From Candidatus Lokiarchaeum ossiferum (lineage in GTDB: Archaea > Asgardarchaeota > Lokiarchaeia > Sigyniarchaeales > Promethearchaeaceae): DNA of 32,000 nucleotides. The stretch's first letter is position 1; each line of letters opens with the position of its first letter. A program made the translations under genes and the position numbers. Of the stretch, positions 1 through 8,001 are shown in pieces. A model generated the notes under the pieces. The model was not told the origin of the DNA and did not search any database. It saw nothing but the letters and a program-made list of their open reading frames with translations. The DNA lies in contig CP104013.1 in the NCBI GenBank assembly GCA_025839675.1, positions 4,200,001 to 4,232,000 of the forward strand. The letters run 5' to 3'.

Positions 1-237
1 TGCACCTGATGCATTTCCTCCCATTGCACTTGGTTCTTTAATGAGAATGTAAATTCCACCCATCAACAACCAGAAAAGAAAGATGAACGTGCCCAATAGC
101 ATCATACTTCGCCCTGGACTCGGTAAAGATAAACTACCTTCACGATAGGTAGGGTATTTGATTCGGGGAATTCTAACTTGATTGCCCATAACCCATGGCA
201 TTTTTTTCCCAAATTTATCTTGGAGTTTTTCACTCAT
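1..237 (-). CDS. hypothetical membrane protein, N-terminal 79 codons only (3' end lies beyond the left edge)
   Basis: My own translation, not in the ORF track because the ORF is edge-truncated. ATG at 237-235 on the minus strand, open to position 1: MSEKLQDKFGKKMPWVMGNQVRIPRIKYPTYREGSLSLPSPGRSMMLLGTFIFLFWLLMGGIYILIKEPSAMGGNASGA. One clear hydrophobic helix (MMLLGTFIFLFWLLMGGIYILI). No family recognised. Confidence 0.35.
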   Translation of the reverse strand, partial: MSEKLQDKFGKKMPWVMGNQVRIPRIKYPTYREGSLSLPSPGRSMMLLGTFIFLFWLLMGGIYILIKEPSAMGGNASGA

Positions 238-359
238 ACTAAGCTTATTAGTTTTTTTTTTAAATTGATTTTGGTTTTTTTCTTTGGGTTTTCTTTGTGA
301 AAATAAAGAAAGTTGATCACTACCTAAACCTTTAATTCTGGTTGGTAAAATAATATAGT

Positions 360-1451
360 ATGGTTCTCGATGATCTCGGGTTGGCGATCCGAAGGATGTT
401 CAATATTAATTTTAAAAAACAACCCGGGGAAAGCATCTTATTTATCTCGGATTATGTGCCTGTAGAGTATATTACTGAACAAAATTCACGTAAATGCGAG
501 ATGATAAATCAACGCTCGAATTTTGTTGAATTATTATATATGAGATCACAAGATATCTTTAGTGAATCTGAAGTTAACTTGATTAAATATCCTGCAACAT
601 TTCAATCTGGCAAAGAAATTCCCTTAAATGTAATCGAGATGATGAAATCGCATAATATTTTTGTGGCTCTTACGACCTATTCTTTAACTCATACAGATGG
701 TATTCTGGAAGCTTGTAACAATGGTGCTCGAGGAGCTTCCATGCCTGGTTTCACACCTGATATGTTTGAAGTATCCCGCCCGATGGCTTCTGACCATGAC
801 AAAATGCGGGTACTTGGTGAGAAATATATAAATGAGATAATTAAAGCGAAAGAAGAAGACACTGAAAGACAATGCCAAGTTAAAATTCAAGATCAATCAA
901 AAAATTGCTTGGAATTTGATATCTTAGGTAATAAGCGTCATTTCCGCCATAATTTTGGTTTGTTTCACAAACCAGGAATGAGTGGAAATTTACCTGCTGG
1001 AGATATTCATATTTCCCCTGATATTCAAGAAAATGCTTTTGGTCGCATCTCAATTCCAAGAGTTTGGACCAAATTTTGCCACCCTGAAAGTGAATTTTTA
1101 ACCCTCATTTTTGATCATGGGTGTGTATCGGCGATCGAAGGTGCTAAGGATAGTCTGATGGAATTTTTAGGTTTTAAAGAGGGAAATCGGTCTCCAGCTA
1201 CAGAAGAATTAAAATTATCGCGGCGTAATTTAGCGGAATTTGGAATTGGGTTAAATCCATTTGCAACCAAACATGATTCATTATTAGAAGCTCAAAAAAT
1301 ACTCGGGACGTGTTATATTGGACTTGGTACCAGTGATACATTAGGTGGGGTTGTGAAATCCGATACTCATTTAAATTTCGTTATTCCAGGCGCCAATCTT
1401 TTTATCAATGATAAACAGATCATTACCAATGGAGTTCCCATTTTTAAATAG
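360..1451 (+). CDS. M29 (AmpS/PepS, 'thermophilic metalloprotease')-like aminopeptidase
   Basis: 363-aa ORF with motifs that match my memory of the M29 family: SGNLPAGDIHISP (cf. NLPxGE-x3-P), AEFGIGLNP and DTHLNFVIPG. The size fits the ~360-aa archaeal AmpS-type proteins. Confidence 0.55.
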   Translation: MVLDDLGLAIRRMFNINFKKQPGESILFISDYVPVEYITEQNSRKCEMINQRSNFVELLYMRSQDIFSESEVNLIKYPATFQSGKEIPLNVIEMMKSHNIFVALTTYSLTHTDGILEACNNGARGASMPGFTPDMFEVSRPMASDHDKMRVLGEKYINEIIKAKEEDTERQCQVKIQDQSKNCLEFDILGNKRHFRHNFGLFHKPGMSGNLPAGDIHISPDIQENAFGRISIPRVWTKFCHPESEFLTLIFDHGCVSAIEGAKDSLMEFLGFKEGNRSPATEELKLSRRNLAEFGIGLNPFATKHDSLLEAQKILGTCYIGLGTSDTLGGVVKSDTHLNFVIPGANLFINDKQIITNGVPIFK

Positions 1452-1462
1452 CCCCTGGACAA

Positions 1463-2434
1463 TCAAAAGTAGTCTTTGATTCCTTCCATTGTAATTTGAA
1501 ATTTTATAATCTGTTCTCTTTTTGTTTGACTATTCAACAAATGAGCGTATCTTACACCAGATTCCGTTGTTACAATTGAATTTTGTTCAATTTCTCCTAA
1601 TAATATCCACTGTTTTATGTACATATCTAGTGTTGTTGCTAAGATAGGAATAACCTTAAAAAAATGTGAATCGTCCATTGCAGCGGTCACTTGGGATGTG
1701 ACTAATATTGGGATATTGAATTGTTTTGCCCATATCTGCAATTTATTCAGTTTACTTGCTAAGTCTGCAATAATCGAATTGATTGGTTTATTATTTAAGG
1801 CAATTTCGTGGCGATAAAGTTTAGTAAGGGAATCAATAACTAAAAATTTGCTTTCTTTTGTACGAAGAATTTCCGGAATTTTTGGAAAAACTTGAGAAAA
1901 TTCTGAGAGGGATTGTAGTGAGATTACATCGATCTTTTTAAAAAGTTCATGGGGGGATAATCCTTGTCCGACTGCCATTTGTCCAATTCTCTCTGGACGA
2001 AATGTGCTTTCCGTATCAATAAATAGTGCGATTTTTTCTGGGAGATTTTGTTGAAATTTTTGATAAACGGATATTAAACATTGATGAGCAAATTGAGATT
2101 TTCCAGATCGAAATGGTCCATAGAGCAAAGTAAGTTGACCTGCGTTTATACCATTGAAATCAAGAATACTATCCATGTTTATAGAACCAGATGTAACATT
2201 CCATTGATCTTCCAACGAAGCGTGCCAATTCATTAATTCTGGCTGATATTTTGCCCGAATTTTTTCAATTAAATAGTCTAATTTCTTTAAATTTGATTGA
2301 GATTTCTCTATCCCAAGTATCGAAATCATTTCTTCCCGATTTAACAAAGCAAAAAAACTTAGATCCGTCCACCCTTTTTTTTTTAATTGAACCATTCTTT
2401 CTTGATCCAAGTTTACTTGATCAAAAATCTCCAC
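1463..2434 (-). CDS. RadA/Rad51-family recombinase paralog (divergent, full-length architecture)
   Basis: 323 aa. The N-terminal segment is HhH-like (GWTDLSFFALLNREEMISILGIEKSQ). The ATPase core has a variant Walker A (LLYGPFRSGKSQFAHQ), the RadA/Rad51 signature IDTESTFRPERI, Walker B (KFLVIDSLTKLYR) and ILVTSQV. Confidence 0.7.
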   Translation of the reverse strand: MEIFDQVNLDQERMVQLKKKGWTDLSFFALLNREEMISILGIEKSQSNLKKLDYLIEKIRAKYQPELMNWHASLEDQWNVTSGSINMDSILDFNGINAGQLTLLYGPFRSGKSQFAHQCLISVYQKFQQNLPEKIALFIDTESTFRPERIGQMAVGQGLSPHELFKKIDVISLQSLSEFSQVFPKIPEILRTKESKFLVIDSLTKLYRHEIALNNKPINSIIADLASKLNKLQIWAKQFNIPILVTSQVTAAMDDSHFFKVIPILATTLDMYIKQWILLGEIEQNSIVTTESGVRYAHLLNSQTKREQIIKFQITMEGIKDYF

Positions 2435-2496
2435 ATCTTATTGTGTAAAGGGAAAACAATAAAATTTTTTTATTTTGGAACCTTATTTATAAAGAT

Positions 2497-3297
2497 ATGG
2501 TAGCTAAAAAAAAGAAATCGACGAAAGCAAAGAAATCGACAAAAGCAAAGAAAACGACGAAAGCTAAAAAATCGACGAAATCTACAAAAAAAAAGACTGC
2601 AGTGGCAAAAAAGAAAACAACAGTAAAGAAAGCTGTTGGAAAGAAAACAAAAACTACTGCAAAGCGGACTACCAAGAAAAAAAAGACCTCGGTCAAAGTA
2701 AGCTCCGCAAAAAAAGCTACCGCTTCAAAAAAAGTGAAGAAATCTTCTCGGAAACGAACATCAAAGGGAAAAAAGGTAGTCTCTGCTAAGACTAAAAAAT
2801 TAAATTATTCTGATGTGGATCAAAAAATCTTAGATCTACTTGAAGTTCAACCCCAACATATTTTATATTTTGACGATATTGAGTCGAATTTTGGTTTTTC
2901 TGTAGAAGAGATCAAAAAAGCTTGTAAACGATTAGAAAATCGAAATCCTCCCAAAATCACAACGAAGTTAGTGATGGAAAATTCAAGATGGATCATTCGA
3001 ATTAAAAAAGTTGAAGATTATGGTATCGATATTTCAACAAAAAAGAAATCTACTAAATTAGTATGGAATACAGCTAACGATTTACCGTGTTTTATTTGTC
3101 CTTATATAAAAAAATGTAGTGATGGGCAAGAACTTTATAATCCTAAATCTTGTGCGTGGTTAACAGATTGGTTGATTTCATCAGTAAATAGTCCTGAACC
3201 ATTTACAGGCAATCCTTTTCATCCTGATTACACATCCAAAAAATCTCGTGCTGAATCAAAAGAAGAAGCCGCTAAAGAAGTAAAAAAGGTTGAATAA
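2497..3297 (+). CDS. TFE-beta / RNA polymerase III RPC34-like protein (winged helix + 4-Cys cluster domain) with a Lys-rich N-terminal tail
   Basis: 266 aa. The first 100 residues contain 43 Lys (KKSTKA repeats). The middle segment is WH-like (ILDLLEVQPQHILYFDDIESNFGFSVEEIKKACKRLENRN). The C-terminal motif PCFICPYIKKCSDGQELYNPKSCAWLTDWL (C-x2-C-x5-C-x11-C...WL) matches my memory of the RPC34/TFE-beta Fe-S domain. Confidence 0.5.
   Translation: MVAKKKKSTKAKKSTKAKKTTKAKKSTKSTKKKTAVAKKKTTVKKAVGKKTKTTAKRTTKKKKTSVKVSSAKKATASKKVKKSSRKRTSKGKKVVSAKTKKLNYSDVDQKILDLLEVQPQHILYFDDIESNFGFSVEEIKKACKRLENRNPPKITTKLVMENSRWIIRIKKVEDYGIDISTKKKSTKLVWNTANDLPCFICPYIKKCSDGQELYNPKSCAWLTDWLISSVNSPEPFTGNPFHPDYTSKKSRAESKEEAAKEVKKVE
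2512..2583 (+). repeat. four in-phase tandem 18-nt units (AAGAAATCGACGAAAGCA and variants) encoding KKSTKA/KKSTKA/KKTTKA/KKSTKS
   Basis: Read directly from the sequence. The units are 2512-2529, 2530-2547, 2548-2565 and 2566-2583, differing at 1-4 positions, and lie inside the Lys-rich N-terminus of the 2497..3297 CDS. Confidence 0.85.
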
Positions 3298-3298
3298 A

Positions 3299-3949
3299 CT
3301 AAAATTTTTTAAATTTTAAGCCGATGATATATAATTCTCGGCTAGTATCTCTGGAAGATTGTGGTTTCATCCTCTTTAACATTGAGAAATGTTCTTTATA
3401 CTTTTGAAGAATTTCATTAGTTTCTTCTGATTGAAAGACCTTTATTGCAACGTTGCCATTTCTACGTAAGTGTTTTAAAGCGATTTCAAATACTTTTTCA
3501 ACCATAGATAATTGAATTGCAACATCTCGGAAATCTCCGGTAGTCTTCGGGGCTAAATCGGAAACAATTGCATCATATGGGCTATTTTCTTGAATTACTT
3601 TGGCACATTGTTCTTTAAAAATATCTAATCTATATGTTTCAATGAAAGAAACGTCTTCAAATGGTTTAATTGATGTCAAATCGATCCCAATTGCTTTGAA
3701 TTTTTTGGATTGTTGATCAATGGGACGTTTGAGAAATTCGTCCTTAATGTATTCCAACCATGCCCCGGGTGCAGCACCTAAATCGAGAATGCGCTTGGAA
3801 TTTCGCCCATTGACTTGAAAGATATTATATTTTTCGTTAATTTGTTTCAATTTATAATAAGAACGGGCACGATGGTTTTCTTGCTTGCTTTTCTTATAGT
3901 ACTTATCATTTCTTTGTTTATTAATCCAAGAATTTCCTTTCTTCGCCAT
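3299..3949 (-). CDS. rlmE: rRNA (uridine-2'-O)-methyltransferase, RlmE/FtsJ/RrmJ family
   Basis: 216 aa. It has RARSYYKLKQINEKYNIF, the SAM-binding motif ILDLGAAPGAWLEY, VSDLAPKTTGDFRDV and NVAIKVFQ, which is the typical FtsJ layout. Confidence 0.85.
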   Translation of the reverse strand: MAKKGNSWINKQRNDKYYKKSKQENHRARSYYKLKQINEKYNIFQVNGRNSKRILDLGAAPGAWLEYIKDEFLKRPIDQQSKKFKAIGIDLTSIKPFEDVSFIETYRLDIFKEQCAKVIQENSPYDAIVSDLAPKTTGDFRDVAIQLSMVEKVFEIALKHLRRNGNVAIKVFQSEETNEILQKYKEHFSMLKRMKPQSSRDTSRELYIIGLKFKKF

Positions 3950-4117
3950 GTGATATCACATTCTAGGGATGATAAAATGAATTTTGGATCGTAGTAATGG
4001 TTTTCGTTTTCTAATCAAATCTTTTATTTATTGGACGAAATTCAGTTGAGATTGAAAATACGTGAGGTGTCGAAATCTCAATAATTTTTTTTGGTTTGAA
4101 TTCTTTTTAACCATATT

Positions 4118-5362
4118 ATGGATAATTTTGAAGCAGCTCTCGCTAAATTAATTATACGAGAAGAAGGTGAAATTAAGTTTTATACGTTTGATTCCACACA
4201 ATATTCCGATAGTGGAAGTGCTTTAAAAAAATCTATGCCTGTTTTTTATAATCCCATACAAGAAGTCAATCGATCCTTAAGCCAAATTGTATATCGAGCT
4301 TTTCAACAAGTTACGGCAGATGATGAGCATTTTCAGCCCTTTACAATTTGTGATTCCATGGCAGCTTCGGGAATTCGATCTTTAAGATTGTTAAAATATC
4401 TCGATCATCCTATAAAAGTGATTAGTAATGACTTAAATCCCCTTGCTCTAAAAATTATTGAAAAAAATTTAGAGTTAAACAACTTTTCTCGGGAAGATCT
4501 TGAGCTTACAAATGAAGATGCTGCTTTTCTTTTTTCGAAGCTCCATAATTCTCGTCAATATCCATCATCTATTGACATAGATCCATTTGGTACTCCCAAT
4601 ATATTTATTGAACCTGCTTTGCGAGCAGTAGCTCTTCGAGGTTTGGTGGGGATTACTGCAACTGATACTGCTGTGTTATTTGGTGTAAAACCAACAGCTT
4701 GTGCAAGAAAATATAATTTGCGATGTTTACGTTCTTCTTTTCTTAAGGAGGTGGGACTTCGTTTATTACTTTATTATACGGCAATTCGCGCTCATCCTTA
4801 TATGAATTATATTGAACCTCAAATGTCTTTAAGTTTTGAACATTATATTCGTATTTTTGTGCGTGTGTTTAAAGGAAAAGGAGGTGTGAATCGTAATCTT
4901 GCGAATTCTGGTTATATGTTGTGGTGTCCAAAATGTGATTGGCGGAAAACTATCGGTCTTGATTTACGTAATTCACAAGTGGGATCATCTTGTCCTCTAT
5001 GTGGGTCAAAAATTGATTATGGTGGACCACTTTGGATTGGTCCATTGCATGATAATTTATTTGTAGAAAAAACAATTTTAGTTTTAAATGGGTCAACTAA
5101 AGAGCAAATTCCTTCCAAGAAACGTTTGACAAAACTATTGAATATAGTGAAGGAGGAAAATCAATTTCCACCGGGATATTATGATCTCCATAAATTATGC
5201 GATCTTCTCAATGTTTCTGTTTCGAAATCCACAGATATTCTTCAAAAAATACATGCTGCTGGTTTTCAAGCGGGAATGACTCACATTGACCCACGAGCAA
5301 TAAAATCTGATATTCCGATCAATTTACTGAAAGAAATTTTAGTGAATCTTCATAATAGTTAA
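4118..5362 (+). CDS. trm1: tRNA (guanine(26)-N2)-dimethyltransferase Trm1
   Basis: 414 aa. It has FYNPIQEVNRSLS, DSMAASGIRSLR, DIDPFGTPNIFIEPALRAV, ATDTAVLFG and the Zn-ribbon CPKCDW...CPLCGSK. These are classic Trm1 motifs. Confidence 0.9.
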   Translation: MDNFEAALAKLIIREEGEIKFYTFDSTQYSDSGSALKKSMPVFYNPIQEVNRSLSQIVYRAFQQVTADDEHFQPFTICDSMAASGIRSLRLLKYLDHPIKVISNDLNPLALKIIEKNLELNNFSREDLELTNEDAAFLFSKLHNSRQYPSSIDIDPFGTPNIFIEPALRAVALRGLVGITATDTAVLFGVKPTACARKYNLRCLRSSFLKEVGLRLLLYYTAIRAHPYMNYIEPQMSLSFEHYIRIFVRVFKGKGGVNRNLANSGYMLWCPKCDWRKTIGLDLRNSQVGSSCPLCGSKIDYGGPLWIGPLHDNLFVEKTILVLNGSTKEQIPSKKRLTKLLNIVKEENQFPPGYYDLHKLCDLLNVSVSKSTDILQKIHAAGFQAGMTHIDPRAIKSDIPINLLKEILVNLHNS

Positions 5363-5380
5363 GTAATAAACAAAAATTTT

Positions 5381-6124
5381 TTAAGAAAATCCCCTATCTC
5401 CCAAGAGATAAGTCCATGTGGAGGGTAAAATCGATATGGAGTTATTTTTGGTGAGAGAAAATTTCATGCGAGATACTTGAGGTGTTCTTTCAATTTTTAT
5501 TTCCTTGTCCGTCCAATAAGATATGATTTTTCCTCCATAGGGCATCGCAACCAAGGTTTCATCATCTTGTTTACGTTTGGTGAAATTATTGAGTAACAAC
5601 ACAGGTATTTCTTTTTCTCTGCAAATTTTTGTTAAAGTGGCCAAAATTAAGGTCATTTCTTGATTAATGTGTTCGTTTTTTTTATCCGTTCCTAATTCTA
5701 ATAAGTATTGACTCGCAATTTCATCAATAATTATAAATCCTACTTTGGGATGTTTAAAAAATCTTTCTAGCTGTTCAATTTGCAGTTGCCATTTTATTAT
5801 GACATCAAGTTGTTCCTTAAATGTGTTTACTTGCCAAAAAAGAACTTGTGATTTGAATTTATCCCATTGAGGTATGATTCGTTTAATTAACTGCTTGATT
5901 GGACTTTGTTTTGTGTGTAAGTAGAAGCATTTTTGATCTGTTTTTTCAAGAATTTGGAGAATGAGTTGCAAGGCAATTGTAGTTTTTCCAGTTCCGACAT
6001 CTCCCCATAGCATAGTAAGTTGAGGATTCAATAACAAAGACGAAACAAAATCATTTATTGAAATATATGGGAATTTATCCTTTTTTTGGGAAAATATCAT
6101 TTCTTCATTGGGAATGTAATCCAT
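5381..6124 (-). CDS. RecA-superfamily ATPase, RadB-like recombinase paralog
   Basis: 247 aa. It has Walker A (MLWGDVGTGKTTIALQL), Walker B (GFIIIDEIASQY), a PVLLLNNF strand and a C-terminal PYGGKIISYWTDKEIKIE segment. This is a RadB/KaiC-like core with no N-terminal HhH domain. Confidence 0.55.
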   Translation of the reverse strand: MDYIPNEEMIFSQKKDKFPYISINDFVSSLLLNPQLTMLWGDVGTGKTTIALQLILQILEKTDQKCFYLHTKQSPIKQLIKRIIPQWDKFKSQVLFWQVNTFKEQLDVIIKWQLQIEQLERFFKHPKVGFIIIDEIASQYLLELGTDKKNEHINQEMTLILATLTKICREKEIPVLLLNNFTKRKQDDETLVAMPYGGKIISYWTDKEIKIERTPQVSRMKFSLTKNNSISILPSTWTYLLGDRGFS

Positions 6125-6156
6125 TTAACGAATCAATCCGATATAAATGTATATTT

Positions 6157-6879
6157 ATGAACGTTGCTCAGATTTTTAAACTTGAAGTACACTGTTTAAT
6201 TAGGGTCGAACATTTAAAAATTTGGGTGAAAATTTTGTCGGATGTTGGAATCTATACAAATGATTTGCGTTTGTTTTATCATATAACAAAGAAATTCAAA
6301 AGCGAAAATTTTGAATTTAATGCATTGGATGATTTTAGATGTATTAACCCTTCCACAAAAGTTTTAATAACAACCCAATCTGACTTGGATCTATTTGACC
6401 CTGATATTCCTGATTACATTGATGTCATTATCGTGTTGCCTTCATATTCATTAGATGAAATTATGTTGCGAACGTGCCAACACTTAAAAAATATTCCTAC
6501 TGCGAGAGAGATAACTATTTCTCTTGACCCTGGCACAGTTCGGACAGGTCTTGCAATATTTTTAGATGGGTATTATCTTTACAGTACAGAGTTTACCTCT
6601 CTTGACCGAGTACGCTCATTTATTCAAGAGATTTTTGGGATTTATCCCAATCCTTCGAAGATGATTAAAATTGGAAATGGTTATTCCCAGCTAACAAAAA
6701 GATTTCTTAAAGCATTAATAGTTCGTCAAGTGGCAAATATAAATGTACACTATTCATTAGTGAATGAAAGATTTACTTCAAATTCTTCCCGATGTAAGAA
6801 AATAGGGGTTAAATCTGTTCATGAGCAAGCAGCTATCTTAATCGGTCGAAGAAAAGGAAAAATAGTTACTGGTTTTTAG
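6157..6879 (+). CDS. RNase H-fold nuclease, YqgF/RuvX-like C-terminal domain with an unknown ~125-aa N-terminal domain
   Basis: ISLDPGTVRTGLAIFLDG resembles the first acidic strand of YqgF/RuvC (cf. LGLDxGxxRxGxAx). VNERFTSNSS...VHEQAAILIGRR resembles the RuvX DERLT(T/S)...D..AA.IIL motif. I place the start at ATG 6157. The track ORF starts at 6058, which would overlap the divergent gene that starts at 6124. Confidence 0.45.
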   Translation: MNVAQIFKLEVHCLIRVEHLKIWVKILSDVGIYTNDLRLFYHITKKFKSENFEFNALDDFRCINPSTKVLITTQSDLDLFDPDIPDYIDVIIVLPSYSLDEIMLRTCQHLKNIPTAREITISLDPGTVRTGLAIFLDGYYLYSTEFTSLDRVRSFIQEIFGIYPNPSKMIKIGNGYSQLTKRFLKALIVRQVANINVHYSLVNERFTSNSSRCKKIGVKSVHEQAAILIGRRKGKIVTGF

Positions 6880-6896
6880 TTTCAAAAACATTGTTG

Positions 6897-6906
6897 TTTT
6901 TTTTTT
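6897..6906 (+). terminator. oligo-T tract (T10), candidate archaeal intrinsic terminator after the 6157..6879 CDS
   Basis: Ten consecutive T at 6897-6906, 18 nt after the TAG stop at 6877-6879. Archaeal RNA polymerase is known to terminate at oligo-T. T-runs are common in this AT-rich sequence, so specificity is low. Confidence 0.3.
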
Positions 6907-6957
6907 CAAAACTTCCTAAGATCAAATAAAGAAATAGATCAAAGAATTTGTCTTAGT

Positions 6958-7995
6958 GTGAGTGCATCTAATCAAGGAAGTTTCCTACAAGATTTTAATG
7001 AGATGGAAGTGCAGTTGTACAAACATTTAAGGAGAGCCCGAAAAGCACTCAATCTTCAAACTATTATTTCATTAACTGGAATGAAGAAAAAAACCATTCT
7101 AAGTTCAATAAAGAAATTTAATTTTCTGGGATTAATTTATTCTCCTTCTCGGAATAATTTTGCATTACAGGGAAAATACCATGGTGATCCTCTTTTAATG
7201 TACGAGTATGAAGCATTAACTGAACTTGAGCATATTTTAGGAGAATCAATCCCCCAAATCGAAAAAGTTGATCTAAATTTTGGATATGTATCGGATAACT
7301 TTCGGGTTCTTGAACTCGGATTATATAAAAAAAATATTGAAGAACTTCCTCATTCTATTGGTAAATTGAAGCAATTAAGAATACTCGATTTGGGTTATAA
7401 TAAACTCAAGAAATTACCCTTAGAATTGCGTAATTTAGTAGGAATTACACGACTTAATTTGATGTTTAATCTTTTTACAGAGATTCCTCTCATGATTCGA
7501 AAAATGGTAACACTCAGAGAACTTGAATTTCAAGGCAATAAACTCACCGAGTTGCCTCCTTGGATAAATAAATTGACATTCATGTCTGGGATGGATTTTG
7601 GGCATAACAATTTAGAACGTTTGCATGAAAATATTGGAAAACACCCAAAATTAAACTATCTCGATTTGTGGAACAATAAACTTACTGAACTTCCAGATTC
7701 CATCTGCCAACTAAAAGAGTTGAAATTATTGGGGTTGTCAAGAAATCAACTTGTATCCCTTCCTGAATCTATCGGAAGTCTTTCCAACTTAATTTCACTT
7801 GGGTTGGATAGTAACCAAATCGATGCTTTTCCAGAATCTATCTGCAAATTGACTCATTTAGAAAAATTAGATATTAGTTATAACCCATTAACTTCTAATT
7901 CAGATAAAGTTAAAAAATGGTTAAATAATTTAATAGTTGGGGAAAAATGCCAATTAACCAATGTTCATGAAGCAAGTAGTCAAGACGAGGGCTAA
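6958..7995 (+). CDS. leucine-rich repeat protein with an N-terminal winged-helix-like domain
   Basis: 345 aa from GTG 6958; an alternative ATG lies at 7003. The N-terminus (LNLQTIISLTGMKKKTILSSIKKFNFLGLIY) looks like a wHTH. It is followed by nine 23-aa LRRs of the LxxLxLxxNxLxxLPxxIxxLxx type. Confidence 0.8.
   Translation: MSASNQGSFLQDFNEMEVQLYKHLRRARKALNLQTIISLTGMKKKTILSSIKKFNFLGLIYSPSRNNFALQGKYHGDPLLMYEYEALTELEHILGESIPQIEKVDLNFGYVSDNFRVLELGLYKKNIEELPHSIGKLKQLRILDLGYNKLKKLPLELRNLVGITRLNLMFNLFTEIPLMIRKMVTLRELEFQGNKLTELPPWINKLTFMSGMDFGHNNLERLHENIGKHPKLNYLDLWNNKLTELPDSICQLKELKLLGLSRNQLVSLPESIGSLSNLISLGLDSNQIDAFPESICKLTHLEKLDISYNPLTSNSDKVKKWLNNLIVGEKCQLTNVHEASSQDEG
7300..7920 (+). repeat. array of nine 23-residue (69-nt) leucine-rich repeats, repeated at the protein level
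   Basis: Repeat starts read from the translation: FRVLELG.., QLRILDLGYNKLKKLP.., GITRLNLMFNLFTEIP.., TLRELEFQGNKLTELP.., FMSGMDFGHNNLERLH.., KLNYLDLWNNKLTELP.., ELKLLGLSRNQLVSLP.., NLISLGLDSNQIDAFP.., HLEKLDISYNPLTS.. Confidence 0.8.
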
Positions 7996-8001
7996 AGAAA
8001 A

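Noticed and set aside
2487-2696. A 69-aa poly-Phe/Val ORF on the minus strand.
   Set aside because: It is the reverse-complement shadow of the Lys-rich (AAA/AAG) N-terminus of the 2497..3297 gene, since TTT/CTT codons give Phe/Leu. It is an artefact.
2497-2800. Calling the Lys-rich N-terminal region a histone H1 or archaeal histone homolog.
   Set aside because: It is low-complexity K/T/S/A sequence with no histone fold or H1 globular (winged-helix GH1) signature in that segment. The similarity is compositional only.
6058-6156. The N-terminal 33 codons of the track ORF 6058..6879.
   Set aside because: This extension would overlap the first 67 nt of the divergent RadB-like gene (start 6124). 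The residues (MKYMGIYPFFGKISFLHWECNPF...) look like shadow-frame sequence. ATG 6157 gives a clean 32-bp divergent spacer.
5381-7995. Interpreting the RadB-like ATPase, RNase H-fold nuclease and LRR protein as a three-gene NLR-like defence system.
   Set aside because: The ATPase is RecA/RadB-like, not STAND/AAA+ NLR-like. The LRR gene is separated from the nuclease gene by a 78-bp spacer with a T10 tract. Neighbouring genes are housekeeping. The idea rests on domain analogy alone, so only the ATPase/nuclease pairing is reported, at low interest.
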